A program made the position numbers and the translations under genes. Below, piece after piece: positions 10,301-18,600 of a stretch of 64,000 nt of DNA (position 1 is the stretch's first letter; every line of letters starts with the position of its first letter). Origin of the DNA: Patescibacteria group bacterium. GTDB lineage: Bacteria > Patescibacteriota > Minisyncoccia > UBA6257 > JAAZHW01. Below the pieces are notes generated by a model, which saw nothing but the letters and a program-made list of their open reading frames with translations, made no database searches and was not told the origin of the DNA. Location: assembly GCA_026415775.1 (NCBI GenBank), contig JAOAGL010000001.1, forward strand, positions 270,233-334,232, given 5' to 3'.

Positions 10301-13300
10301 CAATTATTTACTTGGGATTTTGATAAAAATGTTACATTTGATAATGGATTAAGAATGCCTGGTAGTATTGGTATTGGGACAACAAATCCTATTCAAAAAT
10401 TACACGTCGAAGGAAATGCTTATATTTCAGGAAGTGTCGGCATTGGCACGACAAATCCAAATACTTTACTCGATGTAAGGGGAAGAATTAACACGCCAGA
10501 AATAGCTTTTCGTAATAGTGACGGAGGTGATGATAGTGACCCTTATCGTTTAAGAAAATATCAATTTGGTTCAAGCTCTAATGAACTTCAGCTTCAGTTA
10601 AATGATGATAGTGATGAAAGATTTGCTATTTATGGTAATTCTTGTAGTGGTTATAGTTGTGGTGAATATAGTGGTAATCTTTATCATTTCTTTAAAGCAG
10701 ATGGAACGGCTTATCATGCTGGCAACGTCGGTATCGGCACAACAAGTCCCTCATATAAATTAGACGTCTCAGGAGATATTCGTGCTACAGGAACTATTTA
10801 TGGAACATTCTCTGGTACAATCAATGCTGCTAATGTTTCAGCCGGTTCATTTGGTGCTAACACTGGTGGTGGCAATTATTCCTTCCCAGCGAATCTGACT
10901 GTTAGTGGAGCTGTTGGTATTGGGACGACGAATCCGGGGGTGAAATTAGATGTAGTAGGGGGATATATTAGAACTTGGGGTGGAGAGTTTATATCATATA
11001 AAGAGAATCCTGGAGGAATTTTGGGGGCTTTAGCTTTGGAAGGAAAAAATGCTTCCTCAACCAATCCTTATATGAAAAGATGGACTTTGTTTAATATGCA
11101 AGATTATTCTGGTGTGAATGGTTTTGTCATCTATGAATATTATGATGCAAATAATGATGGTAGTTATTGTAATGATGGCGGAGCATGTAATATGAGATTT
11201 ATTATTGCAAGTGGGGGTAATGTTGGTATCGGAACTGCCACTCCTGCTTATCCATTAGATGTAGTAGGTGATGTTAGATTCTCAGGCACTCTTCAAGGTG
11301 GTTCAGTGCCATGGGCTCGTTTAACTTCTTTCCCATCAGCTTGTTCTGCTGGCAATGCAGTAACTGGATTAGGCTCAACTCTTACTTGTTCGCCATTTAT
11401 GACTAATCCAATGACTACATTGGGTGATATCATCTACGGCGGTTCCAGTGGCACACCAACCCGTTTAGCTGGCTCAGCTGGTTTTCTTAAATCAACTGGC
11501 GCTGCTGCGCCTTCTTGGAGCGCTGTTAATCTTGCTTCCTCTGATGTAACAGGCACTTTAGCAGTAACTAGTGGCGGTACAGGTTTATCTTCTATTGCGG
11601 CTGGCTCTATTCTTTATGCTACTTCTTCTAATACTTTAATTGCCATTGCTCCAACTGCCGCTAATCAGGTTTTAAGGTCAACCGCTGCTAATGCCTTGCA
11701 ATTTGGCGCATTAGTTGCTGCTGATATTCCTAATTTAGACGCTAGTAAAATTACTTCAGGAACTTTTGGTATTGCTCGTGGCGGTACTAACTCAACTGCT
11801 ACTCCCACTGCTGGCGCTGTAGCTTATGGTACTGGTTCAGCTTATGCTTTTACTGCTGCTGGTACAGCTAACCAAGTTTTAATTTCAGGCGGCACCAGCA
11901 CTCCCACCTGGTCTAACATCGCTTCATTACTCACTCAAGGCACTAACATCACTATTTCTGGCACCACCAATGCCACTATTGCCACGGTTAACAACCCAAC
12001 TTTCTCTACTTCTGTTTCAACACCATTATTAACCAGCTCAGGCGCTATTGCTATTAAACCCGGTTCTAATTCAACCACCGCTATTCAATTACAAAATACC
12101 GGTGGTACAGCCATTGTTAATGTTGATACAACGAATAGTAGAGTAGGTATTAATAATGCAAGTCCCAGCTATGCTTTAGATATTACAGGCGATATCCGCG
12201 TTACTGGTGCCATCATTGGTACAGTTTCAACAACAATTTCGGCAACCAATGTTTCAGCCGGCGCTTTTGGTTCTAACACTGGTGGCGGCAATTATTCTTT
12301 CCCAGCCAGAGTAGGAATAGGCACAACGTCACCAAGTACAGATTTGCATATAAAAGTTTCAAGCGGTGATGTGAAAATACAACTGGGTACTCAAGCAAGT
12401 GTTGTGCCAACTACTGGAGGACCAAATAATCCTTCGGCAGCGGTCGATGATTCAAGCAATGGAGGTTCGGCTGTTTGGAGTAATCCAACCAATGTTTATA
12501 CCTCTAATGACGTTTATGCGTCAGTTACAATACCAGCAGGTGTGGATCCAGATTATTATTGGAGCGATTATTTGAAAGCGACGGGTTTTGGATTTTCTCT
12601 TCCTAGCACCGCTAATATTCTTGGGATTAAGGTAGAAATAGAGGCAAAGGCGAGCGTTGCTTCGACATTAACAATAAATGAAGTATTATTAGTTAAATCA
12701 GGTTCAATTGTTGGTAGCAGCAAAAGCGGAGGACTTCTAACTGCATCAGATGCGTACTACTCATTTGGTGATACAACTGATTTGTGGGGAACAACTTGGT
12801 CTTACTCAGATATTAACAATTCCAATTTTGGCGTGGTTGTGAGTGTATTTAATCCTACAACATCAGCAAGAACGGCTTATATAGACCACATTAGAATAAC
12901 CGTTTATTATACCAGCAGTGGAGATGCAGATTGGCAGATGGCAGTATCTTCAACAAGCGGCGCTTTCATTATAAATCCTTTATTTAGTGGTGGAAGAGTG
13001 GGCATTGGAACTACAACGCCATCGGCAACTTTAGATATAAATGGGACTCTTAATGTAAATGGAATTATTCAAGGAAAGTTTTATGATAAATATACTGGCA
13101 GCATTTCCCGCACTTATTCTAGTGGAAATGGAACTTCAAGCTTGAGCACGGGCAAATATTATCCTGATTGGTTCTGTGCCCTATCTAAAGTTGATGCTAC
13201 AGAGTTAGATACTGCTACCGAACATGCTTATTGCACGGTTACTCTCGACGGTAATAATCAGTGGCTTTTAAATGCTGTAATTAGCGGCGTCTCGGATCAA

Positions 13301-13336
13301 ACGGTTTCTTGTAGTATTTATTGCATACGATTATAA
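7325..13336 (+). CDS. Giant (~2000 aa) type IV pilin-like protein with tail-fibre-like repeats; probable adhesin. ORF is open from 7277, likely start is ATG 7325
   Basis: Class III signal KA|FTLIEILIYTAIFGVVAAGIIG with Glu5, pilin-like head, ~14 (G)NVGIGTTxP repeats, IPNLDASKITSG and GTLAVTSGGTG fibre-type motifs, Cys-containing C-terminal tip. Confidence 0.85.
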   Translation: MSFFDKKISSKAFTLIEILIYTAIFGVVAAGIIGVAWNITRLHTTQIASNEIDENLRYVMNLVNSKVREASLIVQASGTTLILRMPDSLKSPTTFSLNNGTLYIQEGSADPVAITSNRVEVTSLNFEYISVAGSKGGVRVNIAMAYKEQPGIASREYITTVTKVNAIVFDSDIIPDVTNSRSVGINTAQWKDGYFSRNVIVGGDVSSTGFIIGGAGLCMGTDCRTSWGQVTGVTGSGTQNYIAKWTSSGSIGNSQIFDNGTNVGIGTTSPNVKLHISNTTAGINELLRLAYNNSVGSGARLSWWAGDTVSETGRIENFVDAGNQVSLRFYTYNSGLGERMRITAAGNVGIGTASPPSLLSVGASSQFQVNSSGDIVKIKNLTYSWPSSHAVGFLKNDGSGNLTWDTSGAVGGTGSAGQVAFWSSTTTITGDSGFYWDNTNKRLGLGTTAPGQRLSVVGDIGLSGGDRFIGTTDAYGLSIRTNNTNRIFISADGNVGIGTTSPSRTLDVHGIAQLRGAAGGTGLFVDSGGNVGIGTTSPAFKLDVSGSARVTNVFKEGNWRHVLSSYVTATPTNGVLLTTAIPYDGVTNRGMHGIRVMGYAFGESRPIDFEVVFYLYTSGFNSYGWTNYGAHDPGTIKLSYEGNVVKLWWSSKVYYASYEIFTKSHGALGQNDSWFEGWTITDAVAPTSNVVDVPYRNAMPYGLAMRGNINLNGNWLSGDGDNEGVYINASGNVGIGATSPSYRLDVAGDINTSGYFRGNGSQITNLNASNLTSGIVPAARLSSTQAYYTLDPIFPKTNQQHTTLGGATIGEIALSSAYVQNKLQFVLPYSIEYTTNGTTWNTYPDPVDSDTVKKMFLGYNAGGKIYLRGPNNGNWLGLRITWQAPSYYFLNYFYTYMSTSGHQCAITIEKTYGDDLNTWITVATTTNFSSWPGHTLVPHSNIAWNPTPTPGTHSKYVRVTFTPTWNGSYPNNNIDIYAIDWFGEYPANIKPMQLFTWDFDKNVTFDNGLRMPGSIGIGTTNPIQKLHVEGNAYISGSVGIGTTNPNTLLDVRGRINTPEIAFRNSDGGDDSDPYRLRKYQFGSSSNELQLQLNDDSDERFAIYGNSCSGYSCGEYSGNLYHFFKADGTAYHAGNVGIGTTSPSYKLDVSGDIRATGTIYGTFSGTINAANVSAGSFGANTGGGNYSFPANLTVSGAVGIGTTNPGVKLDVVGGYIRTWGGEFISYKENPGGILGALALEGKNASSTNPYMKRWTLFNMQDYSGVNGFVIYEYYDANNDGSYCNDGGACNMRFIIASGGNVGIGTATPAYPLDVVGDVRFSGTLQGGSVPWARLTSFPSACSAGNAVTGLGSTLTCSPFMTNPMTTLGDIIYGGSSGTPTRLAGSAGFLKSTGAAAPSWSAVNLASSDVTGTLAVTSGGTGLSSIAAGSILYATSSNTLIAIAPTAANQVLRSTAANALQFGALVAADIPNLDASKITSGTFGIARGGTNSTATPTAGAVAYGTGSAYAFTAAGTANQVLISGGTSTPTWSNIASLLTQGTNITISGTTNATIATVNNPTFSTSVSTPLLTSSGAIAIKPGSNSTTAIQLQNTGGTAIVNVDTTNSRVGINNASPSYALDITGDIRVTGAIIGTVSTTISATNVSAGAFGSNTGGGNYSFPARVGIGTTSPSTDLHIKVSSGDVKIQLGTQASVVPTTGGPNNPSAAVDDSSNGGSAVWSNPTNVYTSNDVYASVTIPAGVDPDYYWSDYLKATGFGFSLPSTANILGIKVEIEAKASVASTLTINEVLLVKSGSIVGSSKSGGLLTASDAYYSFGDTTDLWGTTWSYSDINNSNFGVVVSVFNPTTSARTAYIDHIRITVYYTSSGDADWQMAVSSTSGAFIINPLFSGGRVGIGTTTPSATLDINGTLNVNGIIQGKFYDKYTGSISRTYSSGNGTSSLSTGKYYPDWFCALSKVDATELDTATEHAYCTVTLDGNNQWLLNAVISGVSDQTVSCSIYCIRL

Positions 13337-13388
13337 AATAAATAAAAAATAATCAATAAATAAAAAATAATCAATAAATAAAAAATAA
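13337..13388 (+). repeat. 18-bp tandem repeat, ~2.9 copies
   Basis: AATAAATAAAAAATAATC twice plus AATAAATAAAAAATAA. Confidence 0.85.
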
Positions 13389-13425
13389 CAAAGGTCTAAT
13401 TTAATAAAATCGGAACATTTCAAAT

Positions 13426-13953
13426 ATGAAAAAAAATACTTTAATAATTATTACAGGACTCATCCTAATAGTAATTATTGGTCTTATCATACTTATTAAG
13501 CCCGCAAGTAAAAATCCGAATCCCACTCCTACATTAAGCGGAGAAAATACTCCGACTAAAGGGGAAATACCCAAAGATGTTAAAGTTTATAATGCTGGTG
13601 AGTCGGCGCCAGAAGGAACAGCCGTGCCAGACAGCGTTTCCGATTATGGGTTGACAAAACTCCGCTCTTTTACGATGAAAATCGAAGATGGCGTTTTTAC
13701 CCCGCAAACCTTTATCTGTTATGAAGGCGAGATGATGAAAATTTGGATTACAGCAATTGATAAAGATTATGATGTTGTTCAGCCAGATAATGGTTTAAAG
13801 TTGATAATTAAAAAAGGCGAAACGAAATTTATTGAATCGCAAATGAATGATATCGGAAAATTTACTTTTTATTGTGAATCTTGCGGGGGGTTAAATTCAA
13901 AAGCAGTGGGTTATATGATAGTTGTTCCTAAGCCAGTCAAAAAATCACAATAA
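13426..13953 (+). CDS. Membrane-anchored cupredoxin-like protein
   Basis: N-terminal TM helix, Pro/Thr linker, FTPQTF..GE..I.ITA.D...GKFTFYCESC cupredoxin-type pattern; His ligands not evident. Confidence 0.65.
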   Translation: MKKNTLIIITGLILIVIIGLIILIKPASKNPNPTPTLSGENTPTKGEIPKDVKVYNAGESAPEGTAVPDSVSDYGLTKLRSFTMKIEDGVFTPQTFICYEGEMMKIWITAIDKDYDVVQPDNGLKLIIKKGETKFIESQMNDIGKFTFYCESCGGLNSKAVGYMIVVPKPVKKSQ

Positions 13954-14036
13954 ACCTCTTTCCTTTTTTAAATCCAGGCGTTATAATTAAAATAATTTAA
14001 GGTCGATTTATATAGGTCGTTTTTAATTAAAAAATT

Positions 14037-14456
14037 ATGGAAAAAGTCAAAAAAACAATTCTCATTCTTATTTTAGTAATTATTTTAATTATTATTATTG
14101 TGGGAATTGCAGCTTTGATTATTAAAGGAGGCAGCGTAAAAAATCTTTTTAGTAATCAAGCGAGTGGAAAATATCATTTAGTATATGTTCAGACAGGAAA
14201 TGGAAGCGCTAGTTATTATGGGCAGATTATTAAAGAGGGAGAAAATTATGTTTTATTGAAGGACCCCGGATACATCAATATTCAAGCCGCTCAGAAAGAA
14301 GGAGAGCAGCCGCAAGTAAGTTTTGCTTTAATGAAAGACGAATTTTTCAAGCCAATTTCAGAGATGAAAATTTATAAGAGCAATATTGTTTTTATTCAGC
14401 AGTTGGCTGATGATTCTCCAATAGTAAACTTTTACAAAAATCAGTTAAGTAAATAG
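14037..14456 (+). CDS. Hypothetical single-pass membrane protein
   Basis: N-terminal TM helix followed by a small beta-rich domain (YHLVYV..YYGQI..YVLLKD). Confidence 0.75.
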   Translation: MEKVKKTILILILVIILIIIIVGIAALIIKGGSVKNLFSNQASGKYHLVYVQTGNGSASYYGQIIKEGENYVLLKDPGYINIQAAQKEGEQPQVSFALMKDEFFKPISEMKIYKSNIVFIQQLADDSPIVNFYKNQLSK

Positions 14457-14468
14457 GGCAAATTGAAA

Positions 14469-14519
14469 AATCCCCCAAATGCAGACTTAAACTAATTGTT
14501 AGTTTGTATTTGGGGGATT
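14469..14519 (+). other. Stem-loop immediately upstream of the diguanylate cyclase
   Basis: AATCCCCCAAATGCAGACT pairs with AGTTTGTATTTGGGGGATT (two G-U pairs on the + strand). Confidence 0.7.
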
Positions 14520-14530
14520 GTTTATAAATT

Positions 14531-15115
14531 ATGTCACCATCAACAAAATCAGAAATTGAAAAATTGAGAAAAGAAATTATAGCCTTGAAAAGAATAGCCA
14601 TTAAAGATCCTTTAACAGGGTTATATAATAGACGGGGATTATTGGAGCAGGGAGAGAAATTTTTGAAAATGATGGAGCGTTTAAGAGAAAATAAATTTCC
14701 AGAAAGTGGCAATTCTTTTAATTTAGGTGTTATTTTAATTGATTTAGATGATTTTAAGAAAATCAATGATGTTTATGGACATAAAACTGGTGATGAAGTG
14801 CTAAAAAAAATTGCGGAATTGCTGGAAGAATCTTTGCGTAAATCAGATATTATTAGTCGGTGGGGAGGCGATGAATTTGCAATATTAATTTTTGATATAA
14901 ACAAACCTATTTTAACAAAAATTGCCGGACGAATTCAGGAGAAAATTTGCAACCACACTTTTTTGGTTAAAAAGCGAAAAATCAATCTCACTATTAGCTT
15001 GGGCGCAACTCTTTTTTCCAATGTTAATCTGGATTTAGAGAAAGAAATAGAAAAAGCCGATAAAGCGATGTATCGCGCTAAAAAGCGAGGGAAAAATAAT
15101 TTTGTTATTATATAG
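14531..15115 (+). CDS. Diguanylate cyclase (GGDEF domain)
   Basis: DPLTGLYNRR, DLDDFKKIND.YGH..GD, RKSD I-site, RWGGDEF, ADKAMY.AK. Confidence 0.95.
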   Translation: MSPSTKSEIEKLRKEIIALKRIAIKDPLTGLYNRRGLLEQGEKFLKMMERLRENKFPESGNSFNLGVILIDLDDFKKINDVYGHKTGDEVLKKIAELLEESLRKSDIISRWGGDEFAILIFDINKPILTKIAGRIQEKICNHTFLVKKRKINLTISLGATLFSNVNLDLEKEIEKADKAMYRAKKRGKNNFVII

Positions 15116-15142
15116 TAAAGGGGGTCTTAATGAAGTTAATTT

Positions 15143-16594
15143 ATGCAAAAGAAAATTAAGCGTTTAATGTTTGTTATCGCGATTCTGCTTTTTTTGTTTA
15201 TGGCGGTAATGTTTATTGTTTATTCTTGGGGATATCGCTGGAATCAAAAAGAGTGGAAATTTGTTAAAACAGGAGGACTATACTTGCGAGTTTATAATAG
15301 CAAACCAGAAATTTATTTGAATAATCAATATCTTAAAAAAGCTACGCCGGGACTTTTAAGCAACGGCATTTTTTTATCTAATTTAATTCCTGATAATTAC
15401 TTATTAAAAATTAGCAAACCAAATTATTTTTCTTGGGAGAAAGAAGTTGTAATTGAACCACAAATGGTGACGACCTTTTCTTCTATTGTTTTATTACCAA
15501 AAAATCCTTTATCAAAAAGTATCTATTCTTCTAATGAAACATCTTCTGTTGAAATTTTAGATATTTTACCCTTGAAAAATGGTAAAGAACTAATTATTCA
15601 AGCGATTGAAGAAGGAACTTCAACTAGCGCCGTGCTTTTTATTTATAATTTTAATAATCAAAACCAATTGGAAATTTATAGAAAGAAAATTAATAAAGGA
15701 GAAAATTTCAATTTAATTTCTAATTTAATAATAGCTGATAATGACGCTAATCAAATTATTTTTCCGGTTGTTGTTAACAAAACAACTAATTTTTATTTGT
15801 GGGAGAGAATAAATCCGGAAAATATAAAGAATATCTCGCAAACAATTATTTCACAATTCAAATTTAAAAACCCTATTAAAAAAATTGATTTTTATCCCAA
15901 TACCGAAAATAAATATATTATTTTAACCGGCACGGATTTAATGCTTGTTGATTTGAACAAAAACGAAATGAAAAAAATATTTTTAGACGTAAAAGATTTT
16001 GCGAGAAAGGATTACAATATGTTGGTTATAAATAATCAAGGCGCGGCATTTAGTTATAATTTGATTTTAGATACTAGCTCGCCATTGGGGATTTTAGAAC
16101 TAGAAAAAGAAAATAGCATCAAGAAAATTCAAATATCGCCAAAGAATAATTATTATAGCGTACAATTAAATAACGGAGATTTATATCTTTTAAAAAGCGG
16201 CGAAGAAATAACGCTTCTTAAATCAATATCTTTATTTGCTTTTTCAAATGATGACAAAAAATTGGCTTATATAAATAAAGATAACGAATTACATGTCAAA
16301 TATTTAACGGATTTCACTGGTGATTTTTTACAAAAAAAGGGAGAAGATGTTTTAATAAAAAAATTAACTGAGCCCATAAATAATTTAATCTGTCATTCTG
16401 ATTTAAATCATTTAATTTATCAAAGCGAGAATAAAATTTATTTTGCGGAAATTGATGTGCGCGATGCGGTGAATATTTTTGAATTAAATTTTAACGGAAA
16501 TAATTTTTATTTAGAAGGAGGGAAAAATGGAACTATTTTTACTTGGAATGAAAAGACAATCAAAAGAATAGATTTGCTTTATGAACAGCTATAA
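15143..16594 (+). CDS. Membrane-anchored PEGA-domain protein with probable beta-propeller
   Basis: TM helix, GYR...KTGGL, NLIPDNY.LKISKPNYFSWEK (PEGA-like), then FAFSNDDKKLAY-type blades. Confidence 0.7.
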   Translation: MQKKIKRLMFVIAILLFLFMAVMFIVYSWGYRWNQKEWKFVKTGGLYLRVYNSKPEIYLNNQYLKKATPGLLSNGIFLSNLIPDNYLLKISKPNYFSWEKEVVIEPQMVTTFSSIVLLPKNPLSKSIYSSNETSSVEILDILPLKNGKELIIQAIEEGTSTSAVLFIYNFNNQNQLEIYRKKINKGENFNLISNLIIADNDANQIIFPVVVNKTTNFYLWERINPENIKNISQTIISQFKFKNPIKKIDFYPNTENKYIILTGTDLMLVDLNKNEMKKIFLDVKDFARKDYNMLVINNQGAAFSYNLILDTSSPLGILELEKENSIKKIQISPKNNYYSVQLNNGDLYLLKSGEEITLLKSISLFAFSNDDKKLAYINKDNELHVKYLTDFTGDFLQKKGEDVLIKKLTEPINNLICHSDLNHLIYQSENKIYFAEIDVRDAVNIFELNFNGNNFYLEGGKNGTIFTWNEKTIKRIDLLYEQL

Positions 16595-16640
16595 TCCAAA
16601 TTGATTTTTGGAAATAAATCTGCTACATTAAAGAGAGATT

Positions 16641-18320
16641 ATGCAACAAAATGATAAAAATGCACAATTAGCTGAGATGATTAAAAAGGCGCAACTGGCT
16701 GCTGAAGAAAGAGAGGCAGAGCGATTAGCTAATTCTTTGGGTTTGAAATATGGAGATTTAACAAAAATATCTGCTCAAACAGACGCGCTGGAATTGATTA
16801 ATGAAGAAGAAGCCAAGGTCGCTCTTTGCGCTCCTTTTTTGCTGAAACAAAAAACTATTTTATTAGCTTGTAAAAACCCTGCTTTGGAGGCAACTAAAAA
16901 TGTAATAGAAGGTTTGAGAAGTAAAGGTTATGATTTGGATATTTATGTTGTTTCTTTAAGGTCGTTAGAGAATCTTTGGCAAGGTTATCGCTTTATTGTG
17001 GGTAGAAAAAAAGAAATTACTGGCGGTATAGAAGTAGACAAAGACCATTTGGCAAGCATAATGAATGAAGTTAAAACGACCTCATCTTTAAAAGAAAAAA
17101 TACAAAATTTTGATAGTCCTTATATTTCTCAAATTTTTGAAATTATTATTGCTGGAGCAATAGCGATGGATGCTTCGGATATTCATATTGAACCAGAAGA
17201 AAGCGGCATTCGTTTGAGATATCGTTTGGATGGCGTTTTGCAAGATATTTCAGCATTAAATCAGCATCATTATCGCTCGATTATTTCAAGAATTAAATTA
17301 TTGGGCGGTATGAAAATCAATGTTCATACAGCGCCGCAAGATGGAAGGTTCACAATTAAAACTTATGATGTTGATATCGAGGTGCGTGTTTCTATTATTC
17401 CGAGCGCTTATGGTGAAACGGTTGTAATGCGTTTGCTTAATCCCAAAAACATTCAATTGGATTTAAAAAATTTAGGTTTTCGTGAAGATGATTTGGCCAT
17501 TATGGAGGAGCAAATTGGGCGCCCCAATGGTATTATTTTGAATACTGGTCCAACAGGGTCAGGTAAAACAACGACCTTATACGCTTTTTTAAGACGTATT
17601 TATAATCCAGAAATTAAGATTATTACTGTTGAAGACCCCATTGAATACCACTTGGAAGGAATAACCCAGACGCAAGTAAATCCAACGCGTAACTATACCT
17701 TTGCTTCTGGTTTGCGGTCAATTTTGCGTCAAGACCCCGATGTAATTTTAGTGGGTGAGATTCGCGATAATGAAACAGCAGAGATTGCTATGCATGCTGC
17801 TTTAACGGGCCATCTCGTTTTTTCTACTTTGCATACTAATGATGCTTGTGGTACAATTCCTCGGTTATTGGATATGAATATCCAGCCAGCAATTCTGGCG
17901 CCAGCATTAAATCTGGCTATTGCTCAGCGTTTGGTTAGAAAATTATGCCAACACTGTAAAGAAGCTGTGGAATTAACGCCAGAACAAGCTGACAAAATTA
18001 GAAAGATGGTTGAAAAAATGCCCGAAAGAGTTAAGAAGCCACAATTGGGGGATAAGATTGTTATTTATAAATCTAAAGGTTGCGAGCATTGCAATGGAAC
18101 AGGTTATAAAGGAAGAGTGGCGGTAGCAGAATTGCTGGTGGTTGATAGAGATATTCAAAATTTAATTACGCGCTCAGAGAAAATGCCGACGGCGGCGGAA
18201 ATTAAAGATATGGCTATTCAAAAAGGAATGACAACAATGGAGGATGATGCGATTTTAAAAATTTTGGATGGTATTACAAGTTTATCTGAGGCGGAAAATG
18301 TTTTGGGTAAACTTCTATAG
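16641..18320 (+). CDS. pilB: GspE/PilB-family pilus assembly ATPase (paralog outside the main pil locus)
   Basis: ASDIHIEP, RYRLDGVL, PQDGR, GPTGSGKTTT, EDPIEY, LRQDPD, TGHLVFSTLH, tetra-Cys motif. Confidence 0.92.
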   Translation: MQQNDKNAQLAEMIKKAQLAAEEREAERLANSLGLKYGDLTKISAQTDALELINEEEAKVALCAPFLLKQKTILLACKNPALEATKNVIEGLRSKGYDLDIYVVSLRSLENLWQGYRFIVGRKKEITGGIEVDKDHLASIMNEVKTTSSLKEKIQNFDSPYISQIFEIIIAGAIAMDASDIHIEPEESGIRLRYRLDGVLQDISALNQHHYRSIISRIKLLGGMKINVHTAPQDGRFTIKTYDVDIEVRVSIIPSAYGETVVMRLLNPKNIQLDLKNLGFREDDLAIMEEQIGRPNGIILNTGPTGSGKTTTLYAFLRRIYNPEIKIITVEDPIEYHLEGITQTQVNPTRNYTFASGLRSILRQDPDVILVGEIRDNETAEIAMHAALTGHLVFSTLHTNDACGTIPRLLDMNIQPAILAPALNLAIAQRLVRKLCQHCKEAVELTPEQADKIRKMVEKMPERVKKPQLGDKIVIYKSKGCEHCNGTGYKGRVAVAELLVVDRDIQNLITRSEKMPTAAEIKDMAIQKGMTTMEDDAILKILDGITSLSEAENVLGKLL

Positions 18321-18327
18321 TTTTTGA

Positions 18328-18365
18328 AAATTAAATCCGCCTCAATAATGAGGCGGATTTAATTT
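18328..18365. terminator. Probable bidirectional terminator between pilB (+) and the convergent ncRNA (-)
   Basis: AAATTAAATCCGCCTCA-ATAA-TGAGGCGGATTTAATTT perfect 17-bp stem. Confidence 0.8.
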
Positions 18366-18381
18366 AGATAAAATTATAAAA

Positions 18382-18595
18382 AAATAGCCTTTTTAACCCG
18401 GAGGCAATTTAATCTCGCAAAACAGGGCTGCGAGCTCAAGAATTTTTTAAGGCAATCCGCACAGGGCGGACGAATAACCCAGTCGGAACCAGGTTACCCT
18501 TAAAAAAATTCCCTATAGGCTATAAATTGGGTTAAAGTATAACGCCAATTGCCCCCAGGTTAAAAAGGCCATTTATCGAGGTATTTTAAAGAGCA
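18382..18595 (-). ncRNA. Unassigned structured non-coding RNA (~190-215 nt); 6S-like or novel
   Basis: 28-bp closing helix (18382-18409 with 18547-18574) uninterrupted only on the - strand (3 G-U pairs), an internal stem, several hairpins, upstream consensus promoter and downstream U-tract. Confidence 0.75.
18584..18595 (-). promoter_or_regulatory. boxA-like Nus factor site
   Basis: TGCTCTTTAAAA on the - strand at the predicted transcription start. Confidence 0.6.
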
Positions 18596-18600
18596 ATCTA

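Noticed and set aside
10832-12306. DGR template/variable repeat pair in the giant pilin
   Set aside because: The 6 mismatches are not adenine-specific, both copies are in-frame coding, and no reverse transcriptase is in the window.
7325-13336. Prophage tail gene
   Set aside because: The N-terminus is a prepilin leader, and no capsid, terminase, integrase or other phage genes flank it.
14450-14530. c-di-GMP-I riboswitch before the GGDEF gene
   Set aside because: Only a GGCAAA fragment matches; the two-hairpin architecture with tetraloop and receptor is not evident.
18513-18572. 19-aa small ORF on the - strand (MAFLTWGQLALYFNPIYSL)
   Set aside because: Its start is buried in the 28-bp helix and there is no independent coding evidence; it cannot be fully excluded.
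18382-18574. 5S rRNA, tmRNA, RNase P RNA or SRP RNA identity for the structured RNA
   Set aside because: It lacks the 5S CCGAAC loop, tRNA-like ends, the GAGGAAAGUCC motif and the SRP GGAA domain IV signature.
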